From NCBI RefSeq assembly GCF_004010195.1, contig NC_057711.1:75089366-75121451 (forward strand): a DNA stretch of 32,086 nt, written 5' to 3'. The position numbers and the translations under genes were made by a program. The stretch comes from Chiloscyllium plagiosum. Its lineage: Eukaryota. Within the stretch, counting starts at the first letter, position 1; each line of letters starts with the position of its first letter. The notes under the pieces were generated by a model that was given only the letters and a program-made list of their open reading frames with translations, did no database searches and was not told the DNA's origin. Shown here piece by piece: positions 20,401 through 32,086 of this stretch.

Positions 20401-21589
20401 CACAAACATCACAATCAACTTCAACTCCAGAGACAATCTGGGAACTATGCCATACATACCATAGCTATATCTGAACTGTTCGAACTGCACAATTTGTCCA
20501 TTGGTTATCTTTGAAATGAACAATCATGGAAGAACTGGCCTACAAGCTTATGGTTTGCTGTCTCTGTGCATATTAATATTTCAGAGGCCGAGACTAAGAG
20601 CTTTGTGCAGAGGCGGTTTCCATCTGTTCTTGGGACTGAAGAAGATTTTTTTTTCAGCATCACTCATACAGTAATTATAAAATATATATCCCCTGGTTTG
20701 TGAATGATAGCCAGAAGTATAGTATTGAAGTATGATTCTGAAGAGTCTAAGTCTGTTTGTCAATAATTTGGATAAGATTGAGTATTTTTATGATTTTCCA
20801 GTGAAAGTAAGATGGCATTTTTGTATTAATATTGATGCAGTATCATACATGTGAATGTGCTTGCATTTTAGGATGATATAAATAATGGAATTATCCCTTA
20901 AGTATTAAAATTCCCAATACAGCACATTTTTTGCAACAGTATAGCATCTATAAATATAACTTTTAAGCAAGTACAATAAAGAAATAGACAAAACCACAAA
21001 ATATTGCTTAGTCCATAGAATTAAGCACATTCAATTTTTTCTTTCACTTTATCCTGTATATGTCACTTAAAATCCTTAAAGATTCAGAAAATGTATATAA
21101 ATAATGGACACTTAACCACAAATGATTTGCCTTCAACTTACTTATAAAAACATACGAGTGCATATCTCATTCATTTAGCAAACCCGCAATTTATTAATTT
21201 GGATCAAAAGATCAACGAGAGGGCTTACAATTAAAGTAAAATTCCAGATCTGATTTTTTTCTAAAAGGAAGATATAAATTATAGTAACTATTATTTATAC
21301 ATTGTTTTACTAATAAAAGCAATTATTAATGTTTTGCAAATATATTAAAACTTACTGGCAAATTGATATTATCAAAAAGCTGATTGCTAAATAATTTATC
21401 AATATCAGTTAAACAATTTGCTGAAAACAATAAATGAGATGCAATTGCTGTATCATTTGTAAATTATGCAATCTTTGATAATCTATGCAACATGGTTTAT
21501 TAACTAGAAAAACACCCTCAATTAGTTCGCTAAATAATTAGTAAAAAAGTTGAATTGAAAGATGTTCTGATGCAGATCCTGTCAATTAA

Positions 21590-22428
21590 TCATTTTCCAT
21601 ATCAATGTACCAAATATGAACAGCAAGAAAGGCAGTGTAACAGCAGTGCCCACACTTCAATATGCCCAACATCAAGGAACTAGTCACTCAAAACCAACTC
21701 AGCTGGTGGAGGACAGGAACAGGCGTGGGCCATTCAGCCTATCAAGCCTACCGTAACATTCAATAAGATTGTGGCTGATTGAACACTTCAATGTCTTTTG
21801 TCCGCCACATCCCCATAATCCTGTACGCTCTATCGATAATTAAGACATCTATCAAGCTTTACCTTAAAATACTCAAAGACTGAGCTCGCACAGCCCTCAG
21901 TGGTTGAGAATTCCAAAGGTTTACAACCTATGAGTAAGTGAAATTCCCCTTATTTGAGAACTAAGTGCAATTCCCCTTATTTTTAAATTATACCCCCACT
22001 CTGGTACTAGACTCCAAAACTAGTGCAATCATTTTACCTGCATCTACTCTTTCTCACATATATCACTCATCTACCTCACACCAGAATCCAGAACCAACTG
22101 CTCTGATCAGAACTTGGGCTGTGGCAGAACATGCTCAGCAAGACACCAGAAACATCCTCAAAGCATCCCTGAAGGGGTCATGCAAGTCATTGGATTGTGA
22201 CCAATCAAGGTGGAGAAGGTTTATTTGGAAAAACAAGGTATATGTTGAGAGACTTCATTGAAGAGAGTGTACAAACCACTGAACATTTTCCTTTGTCTGT
22301 CCCTGCAAGCAACTTCTGCACTATAGATGCCAGATGAGGCATTTAATTTATCAACCATCTCAGAAGTCAATGAACCAAGTGAAAGCAAGTTATCCTTGAT
22401 GCTGAGGAAGTCCGTAGGAAGGAGAAGA
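21590..22428 (+). mobile_element. RTE-clade LINE 3' end, split by a CR1 insertion
   Basis: Left piece ..NMPNIKELVTQNQLSW. Right piece PHTRIQNQLL*SELG..RNILKASLK..SLDCDQSRWRRFI, typical of the RTE RT C-terminus, followed by a GAA-rich tail. Confidence 0.8.
21712..22055 (-). mobile_element. CR1 3' end inserted in the RTE
   Basis: ggccattcagcctatcaagcctaccg..cattcaataagattgtggctgat..gagaattccaaaggtttacaacc. Confidence 0.85.
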
Positions 22429-23282
22429 TCTTGCTAAAATAATTTGAAGAGATTCAATGATCCATGAATGGAACTGCTAGGAAACGTTCCTTGAGATTAT
22501 CTGATGCATCAAATTAAATTGACTAAAATATGTGACTTTGATATAATCATGCAAATAGAGTCCTAAAAGATAGGCATTTAAAATTATTGATTTGAATGAT
22601 TTAAGGAAAAAAATGCTCGATGTTAAATAAAGGTATTTTCTTTAGCAAATGCATTTCATTTCAGTTTCATTGTACAATGCATCAAAAACTTGATCCAAAC
22701 AAGATTATTTATTGTAAAAGGAAATTCCTCTATTAGTTAGAGCAGAGTCTAATGAACAACATGAAGACTTATGCATGCTAACTCTACTTGTGTTACATGT
22801 AGAAGAAAAAGGCATCATTTAAGCTTCTATTATATCTTGAAAAATGTGCCAAAGAGCTACTGTACACACAAAGCATTTGTAAATTGTCATACTTCTTTCC
22901 AACAGAGTTCTTGTTTTCCTTTAAAACCTTAGGTAAACCCTGTAGGAGACCAGAAACATTTAATAGAATATCACATTGGATATTGTTGTCAGGGCAATGT
23001 TATTTCACTGTCCCATTTTAAAAATAAATACAATCAGTGTCTTAAGACTCTGATGGGAACACCTTCTGTGCCTTATGCTATGAAACAATGGTATATTTAG
23101 GTATGAAAAAGGCACAGGAAAGCAATCTAATTTTAAAGGAATTTTGTCATCTGAGATTTCTGGTTTGCAAGCCATTATTTCCTTTATGCAGGAAAAGTCA
23201 TTTTAGAGGCTCATGTATGACAGTCAAAATGACCTTTAAAACTGGCCATACATATTTGTATAGTTTAATGTTGAGAATTTAG

Positions 23283-23584
23283 GTAACACCCTTTTGGGTT
23301 CAATGATATTACCATCACCTCCTACTATCAATATCCTGAGAATTACCATTGACTAGAAATTGACTGGGCCTGACATAAATGTAATGGCCACAAGTGCAAG
23401 TCAAAGGATAGAAATTCTGTGATGAGTAATTCACTGCTGTCCCACAAGAACAGACCACTACCTACAAGGCACAAATCAGAACTGTGGTGGAATACTCTCC
23501 ATTTGTGTCTCCAGCAATGGTCTAGAGTTTGACACCACTTATGACAAGGCAGTTCTCTTGATTGACAAGCTTTCAACATTCTCC
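23283..23584 (+). mobile_element. L2/Daphne-like LINE RT C-terminus; its 3' tail resumes at 25010-25177
   Basis: Peptides PTINILRITID*KL and TTYKAQIRTVVEYSP. Confidence 0.8.
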
Positions 23585-25010
23585 ATAGAGTCATCGAAGC
23601 CCTATAATGTTTCGGTGCATCATGTCCATGCCAGTCAAAAACAACCAACCAATTATTGTAATCCCATTTTCTAGCACTTAGCCCACAGCCTTGTTTGTTT
23701 TAGTATTGTGAATCCAGATCTAAATATTTCTTAAATGATATGAGCACTTCTGCCTCTACCACTCCTATAGGCAGTGAGTTCTATATTCCCACCACACCCT
23801 GGGTGAAAAAGCTTTTATTCACCTCTCCTCTAAATCTTCTGCCCCTTACCTTAAACATATGGCCCTGGTTATAGATCCCGCCATCAAGGGGTTAAAACAT
23901 TTGACGGCCCCATACTTTTTCCTTTTTGGAACAAGTTGGCCCTATATTCTCCATATTTCCTTCTTGAATGCATGAGACAGATATACCTAAAAGTATCTGT
24001 TGCCAGTCCACTCTGGCCAAATCGTACTGGATCTTATTAAAATCAACTTTCCCTCCAATTGAGAACTTTGATTTCTGGCCTATCCTTGTTTTTTTATATA
24101 ACTATCTTGAATCTAACAGAATTATGTTCATCGTCAGCAAACTGCTTCCCCATTGAAACTTCAACCACTTGCTCAGCTTTCTTCTTAAAAGTTAAGCCCA
24201 GGACCTCCTCTTCTTTTCTACCCACTGGTTTAAAAAGCTCTCCAAGATACATTTGAAAAATTCTGCTCCCTCCAAACCTTTCACACAATGATGACCCCAG
24301 TTTATGTTAGGGAATTTGAAATTCCTTACTATCACTACCCAATTACTTTAAAACATTTCTGAAATTGACCCACAGATTTGCTTTTTTTATTTCCCTTGGA
24401 CTATTATGGTGCCGATAGTACACTCCTACCAGGGTGATTGTTCCTTTTTTGGTTTTTAAGTTTTACCTGTATGGCTTCATTTCAGGAGCCTTCTAAGATG
24501 ATATCCCTCTTTACTGATGTAATTGATTGCTTGATCAAGATTTCACCAGCCTCTGCTTTCTCACTTCATTCCCTATCTCACCTGAAAATCCTATATCCTG
24601 GATTATTGAGCTGCCAATCTTGTTTTTCTCTCAATCGTGCCTCCATGATAGCAATGATATCATACCCTTATGTTTTAATTTGTGCCTTCAACTCATCTGC
24701 CTTGATCAACAGACTCCTTGCATGAAAATAACTAACACCTTACCTTGTTAAATTCCCTTGTGCCTGAACTGGCTTATAATGTAAATGCCTTCCTGACTCA
24801 GTTGCTGTCACTCTTAATTTTGGCCATTCATCTCCCCTTGCTGAAAATTCTCTCTGGATCCCAATCTCTGCCAGTTTAGTTTAAATCCTTCCCAATGCCA
24901 CTAGCAAACCTTTTTTGCAAGGATGCCAGTCTCATTCTGGTTCAGGTACAACCTGCCAGCATTGCAGCAGTCCCACCATCCCCAAAGATGGTCCCATTGC
25001 CCCAGCAATC
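23585..25010 (-). mobile_element. CR1 with ORF1 3' end and APE joined almost directly to the 3' UTR (RT missing); may instead be two adjacent copies
   Basis: The ORF1 end reads RLYLNQNETGILAK..EGFKL (SGNH-type DGLHLN..GLN* region) at 24870-24960. APE remnants (DIIAIMEARL, DEHNSVRF) span 23900-24740. A 3' UTR with catagagtcat tail spans 23585-23890. Confidence 0.8.
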
Positions 25011-25177
25011 CCTTCACTGTTATTAGGTCAAAACAACAATGTGGGTGTTCTTATTTCTCAACGCCTGCATTGGTTCAGTAAGACAACTCACTATCTCCTT
25101 CTCCACAACAATTTGGGATAGGCAGTAAGTGCTATCTGAACCAGTGACCTATAATCAGCAATAAAGAATAAAAAAAG
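25010..25177 (+). mobile_element. L2/Daphne-like LINE 3' tail (continuation of 23283-23584)
   Basis: ccttcactgtt..caatttgggataggcagtaagtgct..aataaagaataaaaaa, homologous to 3390-3555. Confidence 0.7.
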
Positions 25178-27657
25178 TAAACCTACTTTAGCATCATAGT
25201 TCTGTTGAAGTACTGCTGAAGATTTAATCTCTTTAATATATTAATTTTGCTTTTTATTTAAACAATTCTGTCCATTATTGCATGATGGCCCATGAATGTA
25301 GGATGCTGTAGAGCTAACTAAATACTTTACATCTCACTTTGGCAGTCATCGTGAACGGTCACTGTTAGTTATTCTCCATGTCTCTGAATCCAGAAAGAAT
25401 ACAACTAAATGCTAACATGCATCATATAATCATGTTGTGCTATTGCATCACTATTCTTATGGGATGCAGCAGTGCACATTAAGGTGCCTTTTTCAAGTGG
25501 ACCAAATAATGCTGACTGCAAGTGATGCCAACAAGTCATCAGCTAATTTAATAGAACCATGTCTTTGGCATTATGTCAAAAGCCTCTTACTTCCTGTGTC
25601 TCTTGTAGGATATAACATGAATATAATTGTAATGTGAGTTGTATCTAATGATCACTTTTAATGCAGTAAAGAATTTAAGCAACATTAGTTTTTCCTGACC
25701 TGGCCTATTTTGGTAAAAAGTTTCAAGTAACATATATTCATTTAGATTAATGCAACTGAATGCAAAGAGAAGCAATTTATTGTTTGGCCCATACCCATAA
25801 CTGGCGTTTTCTGAAGTGAAAATGGAAAATCTCTGGTATTTCTCGGCTCAAGTGGTGTTTTTCAGCTGAGTTGGAAAGAGAAGATATCTCCTGGGTGTTC
25901 TTATCTCTTCAGTTTATCTTGCTTGTTACAGCTACAGCTTGCTTTTCTTTCAACAGAATAGTGACACAAAATGTAACTGAACTGTGAAATATATAGCTTC
26001 ATCTAGGCAGTGTTTTCATATTTATTATGAACCCATTGCGTTCTTTGGTAACATAATATGTTACATTTGGGAATGGCTTGAGGTTCATACGAAAGCTTTT
26101 ATTCAGCTGTGAGAAATATAAGCGCAAAAGTGATATGCAAGTTTGTCAAGAAATTGTGTGAGGCCCATTGATGAAGTCATTAAAAGCCAAAAGAGTGGAA
26201 ATGATTATTTTCACACCAATCAGAGAAACTGATGTATTTTTTAAAATGATCAAAACATAATTAGTAAAGCATGAAGAAGTGAAAAATTATTTAGCATAAA
26301 ACAGTCATTAAATATGAAAGAATGTTCCTTATTTATCAATAGAGCTTTCTTTTGCTTTCCATGGATTTTTGCGTTTTTGTTTAGCAATTTGCATTTCCCT
26401 TATCTAGTATTTATTCACTATTTTCTGTTCCAGAGAAAACGAACAGAAAATAAATTAGTAAGTATATGAGTATAAAGACAAGTCAGGTTTATGCAAACGC
26501 ATATGGAAGCAAAATAAAACTGTATATTGAAATAGGGGATGTAATCTTCCCAGATATGGAATGACGTGGGCATTGGTGAGAAAACTGGAAAAATCATTTG
26601 AGATGGGCAGTGAGGTATTTCTTGACATGGAGAGCAAGAAAAGCATGTTCTCCACATAAGTGTTGAATGGAAAAACAAAATTCTTGCCAGTGAGTCACAA
26701 GAGATCTTTTTCCATGTATTAATATGCACTAATTCTCATTACTAGTTAATCTTACCTCATTCATATGCAGTTTCTCATTCTTCACCTAGTGGAAAGAAAC
26801 AGATGGTGACAATTCCCAACATGAAAGTCAGAGTGGTTACCTGGTAATTCAAGCTTGCTGCCTGCTCTTCTGGACCTCTACTTTGGAACAGAAAATAGTG
26901 AACAAATACTATCACCAACATTGTAATGATGCTCCTTGGGCATCAACCCCCGCACCCTCCCCCCCGTCCACAGGCATTAGCATCAGACATGTACCAATGT
27001 CAGTTCACCCTGGTAGCTCATCTCCAATCCACTTGTAAGACCACTCTACACTTCGCTGCTGGAATACCTTTTATTGGAATGCTGCTGTGAAGAGACTTTG
27101 CACATAGGGACGATCACACATTTCATGAAATGGGCCAGCCTTAATTTGAGAGATCCTCACTTACAATCTCACTCACCGTGCACATGCTTGGAAACTCATA
27201 ACAACAGTTGTCTTTCTGTGCTTGGCTCCCTTGCCAGAGCTTAAATGCTCACTGCACTTCTGACTTAACTTATCATTCATTGCCACCACAAAACCAAGCA
27301 GGTGTGATTATTAAATGGGTGGATATGCTACTGTTTGACACCACGTAACCTCAATGTCACACATGGGTCCTCAGCTTGAACTCCAACAGGTATAAGATAT
27401 AGTTGGCAGAGTGGAGGTGAAAAGCTCAGCCACATCTAGAGGATCTTACAAGGAGACTTCTAAAGGGCCTGAATGTGGTTTTCCCTCTGGCAGAGTAACT
27501 ACTGACACCAGCCTGTTTCCATATGAGGAAGAGGCAACTGGAGAGAGAGTTCAAAGTGGCTCAGCTCCCTGTCTTCCTGCTGAGCATTAATGGCTAAACT
27601 GACGTAATGCAGGTCCATGCATACATCTGGCAGATCCTGAGTGTGCTGGATCTAGCT

Positions 27658-28163
27658 AACATAGAACACAGAACAGTAAAGCACAGTACTGTTTAGCCCT
27701 TGATTTTGTGCCAAACATTTAACCTCTCTAAGATCAAACTAACCTACATACCCTACATTTTACTATCATCCAGTTGATTAAATGTCCCTGACGTATCTGA
27801 CTGTTGGCAATGCATTCCATGCACCCACCACTCTCTGTGTAACGAACCTACCTCTGACATCTTCTCCAAACCTTTCTGCAATCACCTTAAAATTATGCCA
27901 CCTCATGATAGCCATTTCTGCCCTAGGAAAAAGTCTCTGGCTATCCACTCTGTCAATGCCTCTCATCATCCTGTACACCTCTATCAAGTCACCTCTCATC
28001 CTTCTTCGCACCAATGAGAAAAGCCCTAGCTCCCTCAACCTTTCTTCTTAAGACATTTCCTCCAGTCCAGGTAATAACCTGGTAAATCTCCTCTGCACCC
28101 TCACTAAAGCTTCCACATTCTTCCTTTAACAATGTGACCAGAACTGAATATGATATCCCAAAT
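27658..28163 (-). mobile_element. Young CR1/HER1 3' end
   Basis: ORF 27778..28038 reads LGLFSL.RRRMRGDLIEVYRMMRGIDRVDSQRLFPR..QRVVGAWNALP. Tail aacatagaacacagaacag. Confidence 0.95.
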
Positions 28164-28489
28164 GAGTCTTTAGCAGCCACCAACCTGTTCACAGAAGGCT
28201 CCAGCTGATTCCATGCCTGAGACTGCTATGTGCAGCCAACTTTGGCGGAGTCTTGCAAACTTTGAGTCAGTTTTCCCATGGCTCTGAACAAACCTGCCCG
28301 CTGCTCCTGTGTTTCCTTGTATATTGGAATAATATTCTGAATTGCTAAGCCAACAGAGTCCTCATCTGCCTGTGGTAAAGCAGGTGTCTGGTCTCCAGCA
28401 GTTCTTTGAGTGCTAATGATCTGGAATGTTTCTTCCTTGACCAGCTGCAGAGACATAGTAGTGATGTGCTCCCGCCTCTAATTTAGCAA

Positions 28490-30250
28490 AAATAGCCACC
28501 AAGGTTTCAGTGTGATCGAAAAAAAGGGAGAAAATATACTTTGAGGGTAAACTTACAAGTAAAATCATGATGGACAACAAGAGCTTTTATAAATGTAGAT
28601 TTCCTTTTATGGAAAGGAAGAGAGAAACCAAAGTTAACAAAATCTAATGAGAGAACAAGGCTGAGGAAACACCAGTGGGGAAAATATAAAATGGCAGAAG
28701 AGTCAAATAAATGCTTTACATGGTAAAAGATATTAATAACATTCCAAAAGCACCAAATAATCAAAAGGTAGAAGGGGAGACAGAAATAAGTACAGTAATT
28801 AAAACTAGAAAAAAAGTACTGGGAACAATAATGAGGCTAAAATCTGATAGGTCCCCTGGACCTAATGGGATTCATCCTGTTAATGAAAGTAGCTGCAGAC
28901 ATAACAGATGTACTGATAGCAATTTTCCAAAAACAAAATTCTTAGATTCTGGAAAAGTGCCGGAAGATTAGAAACCTGCCAATGTATCACCTTTATTCAA
29001 AAACGGAAGGAGACAAGGTAACTTTAGACCAGTTAGCTTAACATTTCATCTTAAGAATGTGTTAGAACCTATGATAAATATCAGAACATTTAGACATATA
29101 CATTATAATCAAATAGAGTCATCATGGCTTCATAAAGGGGAAATTTTGTCTGATAATTTTGTTCTTTGAATTTTCTTGAAGAATTTTTTGAATAAGTAAC
29201 AAGCAACTTAGATAAGGCGGAAACAGTAGATGCAATATATTGGGATTTCCAAAAGACATATGATAAGATAACCACACATCAGAGTATTTAATAATGTCCC
29301 ATAGAGTTGAGGTAGTTCAGATGGATAGAAGACAGAGTCGGGGTGAGAAGGTAACTTCAGGATGGCAAAATGTAATAATCGAAGGCAGTGGAGACACAAT
29401 TATATACAATAAATATTAATGACTTGGATGAGGGAAGTGAATATACTTTCACTAAGTTTGCAGATAGTACAAAAAATGGTGGTATAGCACAAATATTTCA
29501 CTGAGGAATATTGACAGTGTAAGCAAGGTGGCAAAAACCTGGCAAATGGAATACAATGTGACAGAAAGAATAGAAGAGCTGAATATTGTTCAAATTGTGA
29601 AAGGCTACAGTAAGTTTAGCACAGAGATATTTGAGTATTCTCATGCATAAGTTACAAAAAGATAGCGTACACATCCAGCGGGTAATAGAGAAGATAAATG
29701 AATTGTTGGCCTTTATTTCAAAGGGAATAAAGTATGAAAATAGGCAAGTCTTGCAAAACTATGTAAAATACTGGTTAGACTATACCTGGAATAATGTGAA
29801 CAGTTGTAGTCCCCTTATATAAGGAAACATTTACGGACATTGGAAGCAATTCAGAGAAGATTCATCAAGTTAAGTATGGGAGCAGGCAGGTTTTCTATTG
29901 CAGAAAGGTTGAGTAGATTGGCCCTGTAGTCACTAAAGTTTTGAAGAATGAGAGGCAACCTTATTAAAACTTCCTTATTATGGCAGGGGGTGTTCTTGAC
30001 CAGGTAGATGTGGAAAATCTTGTTGCCATTGCGAGCACATCTAGAACGAGAGGGCATCGTCTCAGAGTAAGGTCTCAGACTTCAGGAAGAATTTCTTTTC
30101 TCAGGGGATAGTGCATCCAAGCATTTTTCTTTCCCTGCACAGTGCTATGGAAGTGTGGTATTGTTGAGACAGACTGATTTAAAATCAGAAAGGAAATTGA
30201 AGATTATGGGGAAAAGACAGGAGAGTGGAGTTGAGAATTAACAGATCAGC
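28490..30250 (+). mobile_element. Old CR1 LINE, whole RT region decayed
   Basis: Peptides LKSDRSPGPNGIHP, GKVPED*K.ANV.PLF, NFRPVSL, VDAIYWDFQK, YINDL..TKFADS and NELLAFISKGIKY. The 3' UTR ends acagatcagccat. Confidence 0.9.
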
Positions 30251-31220
30251 CATTTTTGGATCTGTCTTGTTGTCATGGTCCTACCTGACTTTGTGGAAGG
30301 TGCAGGAGGCAGCTTTACCAGTGCATTCTCTGAAGGTCTGTAACTTATTATCAGAGTTGGAGGAGGTTCTGGAGTCACCTTCTTGGCTTGAGATTTGCAC
30401 TGGAACCTGCAGGAGATAAAAAACAGAATATAACACAAACAAATGGGAGAAATTCAGGTCTGTTAAGAATACATTCGTAGTGGCAGGAATGTTAGAGCAG
30501 CACAATAATGGAAAATAATGCTTACTTGGTTGCTGGGACATGGAGTATCACTACATATTCACACATTTGGGGTCCTTACTGATCGTCGCCAGGATCGTCT
30601 CCTCATGGAGAGAGATGAACTAAATGTCAGGCAACCCAGCATCCATCCTAGCTCTGTATACCTTATTTACATGTAATTTTCTTCTGGTATGAGGCAAATT
30701 GGGGTGTTGAATGAGACGAAAGTGGCTGGCACTGTGGCTAGTATGAGTGGGAAAAAACTGATGAGGTGTCTGAGTGAATCAGTAGATGGTGCAGAGGCCA
30801 TTTGGGGGAGGGGTGGTGGTGAGGATTGGTTGGGAGCAAGTGAGGGCAGAATATACATGTGGAAGTGAGAATGATAGAGCACGAGCCTTGGTGGAAGGTC
30901 GGTGCAGAAACACAGTGAGTTTGAGGTAGCAGAGAGAAGATGAAGACACAACGTTTTAGAGCAGAAAATGCCATTGACCATCTTGCAGCGTTGCTGGGCA
31001 TTTCACTAGGTTGTTTAAACAGCACTGATCCACTGACCTCCGATCAGGCTGACAGGTTCAGGTGTCATGGTCTCTCTGTAGACACTTTAGGAAGAAGATA
31101 GCCCTCCTCTGCACCATCCTGTCCAGCTAGACTTCGAGATACCTGTCTGAAAAGCAGGGCCCCAATTTTCCTTTGTACGGCATGCTTGGGACAAATAACT
31201 CAAACTGCTCCTGACTACCA

Positions 31221-31350
31221 GGAGAAAGTCAAAACTATAGATACTAGAGATCAGAAGTGAAAAGTGTGGCGCTAGAAAAGCACAGCAGGTCAGGCAGCAT
31301 CTGAGGAGCAGGAGAGGCGACATTTCGGGCATAAGGCTTTCATCAGGACT
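31221..31350 (-). mobile_element. Penelope-like pLTR fragment
   Basis: Homologous to 3676-3802, with a hammerhead-like motif at 31318-31346. Confidence 0.8.
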
Positions 31351-31749
31351 ATTAGTGCTTGACATGTTAGACAACTGCATTTTAAGTATGGTGCCGACAC
31401 CAGAAACCCCAGTAGTGACAAGCATTTTTGATTGTGCATGTGAGTAAGTATGAACAAGTGGGTTGCCACAGGGGCCTGGTACATCAGTAATTGGGATGAT
31501 AATGTGAGAAATCCCTGTTATGCCTGAAGAGAGAGACCTTCCATAAAACTCGCCAAAATTGACACAGCCAAATTCTGATAAAAATCAGCCCAAATTGTCC
31601 ACTTATGAGACTAGCTGAGTTCATACAAAGGAATGAACTGATGAGGAGATGAGTAGATGAATTTCAAATCGATCAATAATGAAAATGTTTTGGTACAACA
31701 GATGAAGCACTGATTTCTTATCTCTGAGATTTGGGCTCAAAACCAGTTT

Positions 31750-32086
31750 GAAGTCAGAAAAAGGAAAGGTGCAGTCACCTTGTTGGGTGTTTACTATAGG
31801 CCCCCCAATAGCAGCAGAGATGTGGAGAAACAGATTGGGAAACAGATTTTGGAAAGGTGCAGAAGCCACAGGGTAGTAGTCATGGGCGATTTCAACTTCC
31901 CAAATATTGATTGGAAGCTCTTTAGATCAAGTAGATTGGACGGGGCAGTGTTTGTGCAGTGTGTCCAGGAAGCTTTTCTAACGCAGTATGTAGATTGTCC
32001 AACCAGAGGGGAGGCCATATTGGATTTGGTACTCGGTAATGAACCGGGACAAGTGATGGGCTTGTTAGTGGGTGAACATTGTGGTG
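31750..32086 (+). mobile_element. Young CR1/HER1 LINE, APE domain, open to the window end; possible decayed APE sequence at 31600-31749
   Basis: EVRKRKGAVTLLGVYYRPPNS..VVVMGDFNFPNIDW..FVQCVQEAFLTQYVD.PTRGEAILDLVLGNEPGQV, closely related to the copy at 649-1470. Confidence 0.95.

Larger units (their letters stand above)
27400..31183 (-). pseudogene. Harbinger Myb/SANT-like (Myb_DNA-bind_5/MSANTD-type) gene relic: exon 1 31183-30952, exon 2 30683-30526, exon 3 from 30406 split into 30406-30250, 28480-28165 and 27657-27400
   Basis: Exon 1 MPYKGKLGPCFSDRYLEV*LDRMVQRRAIFF..A*SEV..ISAV..NAQQ..KMVN. Exon 2 ..NKVYRARMDAGLPDI..HEETIL..SQQP with donor gtaagc. Exon 3 acceptor ttttttatctcctgcag, then peptides PAPSTKS, RTAGDQTPALPQADEDSV and DLH. 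Confidence 0.75.
26536..31591 (-). mobile_element. PIF/Harbinger DNA-transposon relic (about 2.7 kb net) with a Myb/SANT pseudogene, carrying two CR1 insertions and one Penelope insertion
   Basis: Right end tgataaaaatcagccc (GGGCTG.. TIR). Candidate degenerate left TIR gggatgtaatcttcccaga at 26536. Myb exons lie inside. Confidence 0.65.

Noticed and set aside
20585..20703. Acceptor atttcag followed by short open frames
   Set aside because: There is no good donor and no recognisable peptide.
21358..21421. Imperfect hairpin gcaaattg..tgatatt / aatatca..caatttgc
   Set aside because: Short arms like these are expected by chance in very AT-rich DNA.
1..32086. Related CR1 copies in inverted orientation at both window ends, read as the arms of one giant composite element
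   Set aside because: They are clearly diverged, have different 5' truncation points and belong to an abundant family, so independent insertions explain them.
1..32086. CRISPR array, operon or prokaryotic defence system
   Set aside because: There is no repeat-spacer periodicity or gene-dense organisation. The content is vertebrate-type TE-rich DNA.

Overview
This window is AT-rich eukaryotic DNA, almost certainly from a cartilaginous fish (shark). That is an inference from the repeat families: HER1/CR1-type LINEs with (ACTCTATG)n tails, a SacSINE1-like DeuSINE, and shark-type Penelope pLTRs. Most of the window is nested, decayed mobile elements: about a dozen CR1 fragments, one Rex1 LINE, one RTE LINE, several L2/Daphne-like LINE ends with a partner tRNA-SINE, Penelope-like (GIY-YIG) pieces, a probable solo LTR, a possible Gypsy gag relic and two PIF/Harbinger relics carrying a three-exon Myb/SANT pseudogene. 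I could not identify any intact host gene. Most short ORFs in the track are antisense or frameshifted readings of TEs, so the window is intronic or intergenic. The three most notable signals are: (i) a 109-bp, 108/109-identical templated insertion, apparently copied from an LTR 1184 bp away into a CR1, with microhomology junctions; (ii) five minimal hammerhead-ribozyme relics whose stem II sequences differ but still pair; and (iii) two Harbinger relics that retain the Myb gene and share intron positions and termini. I found no evidence for a wholly new biological system. All family names come from recalled consensus motifs rather than database searches, and most boundaries are approximate (tens of bp).
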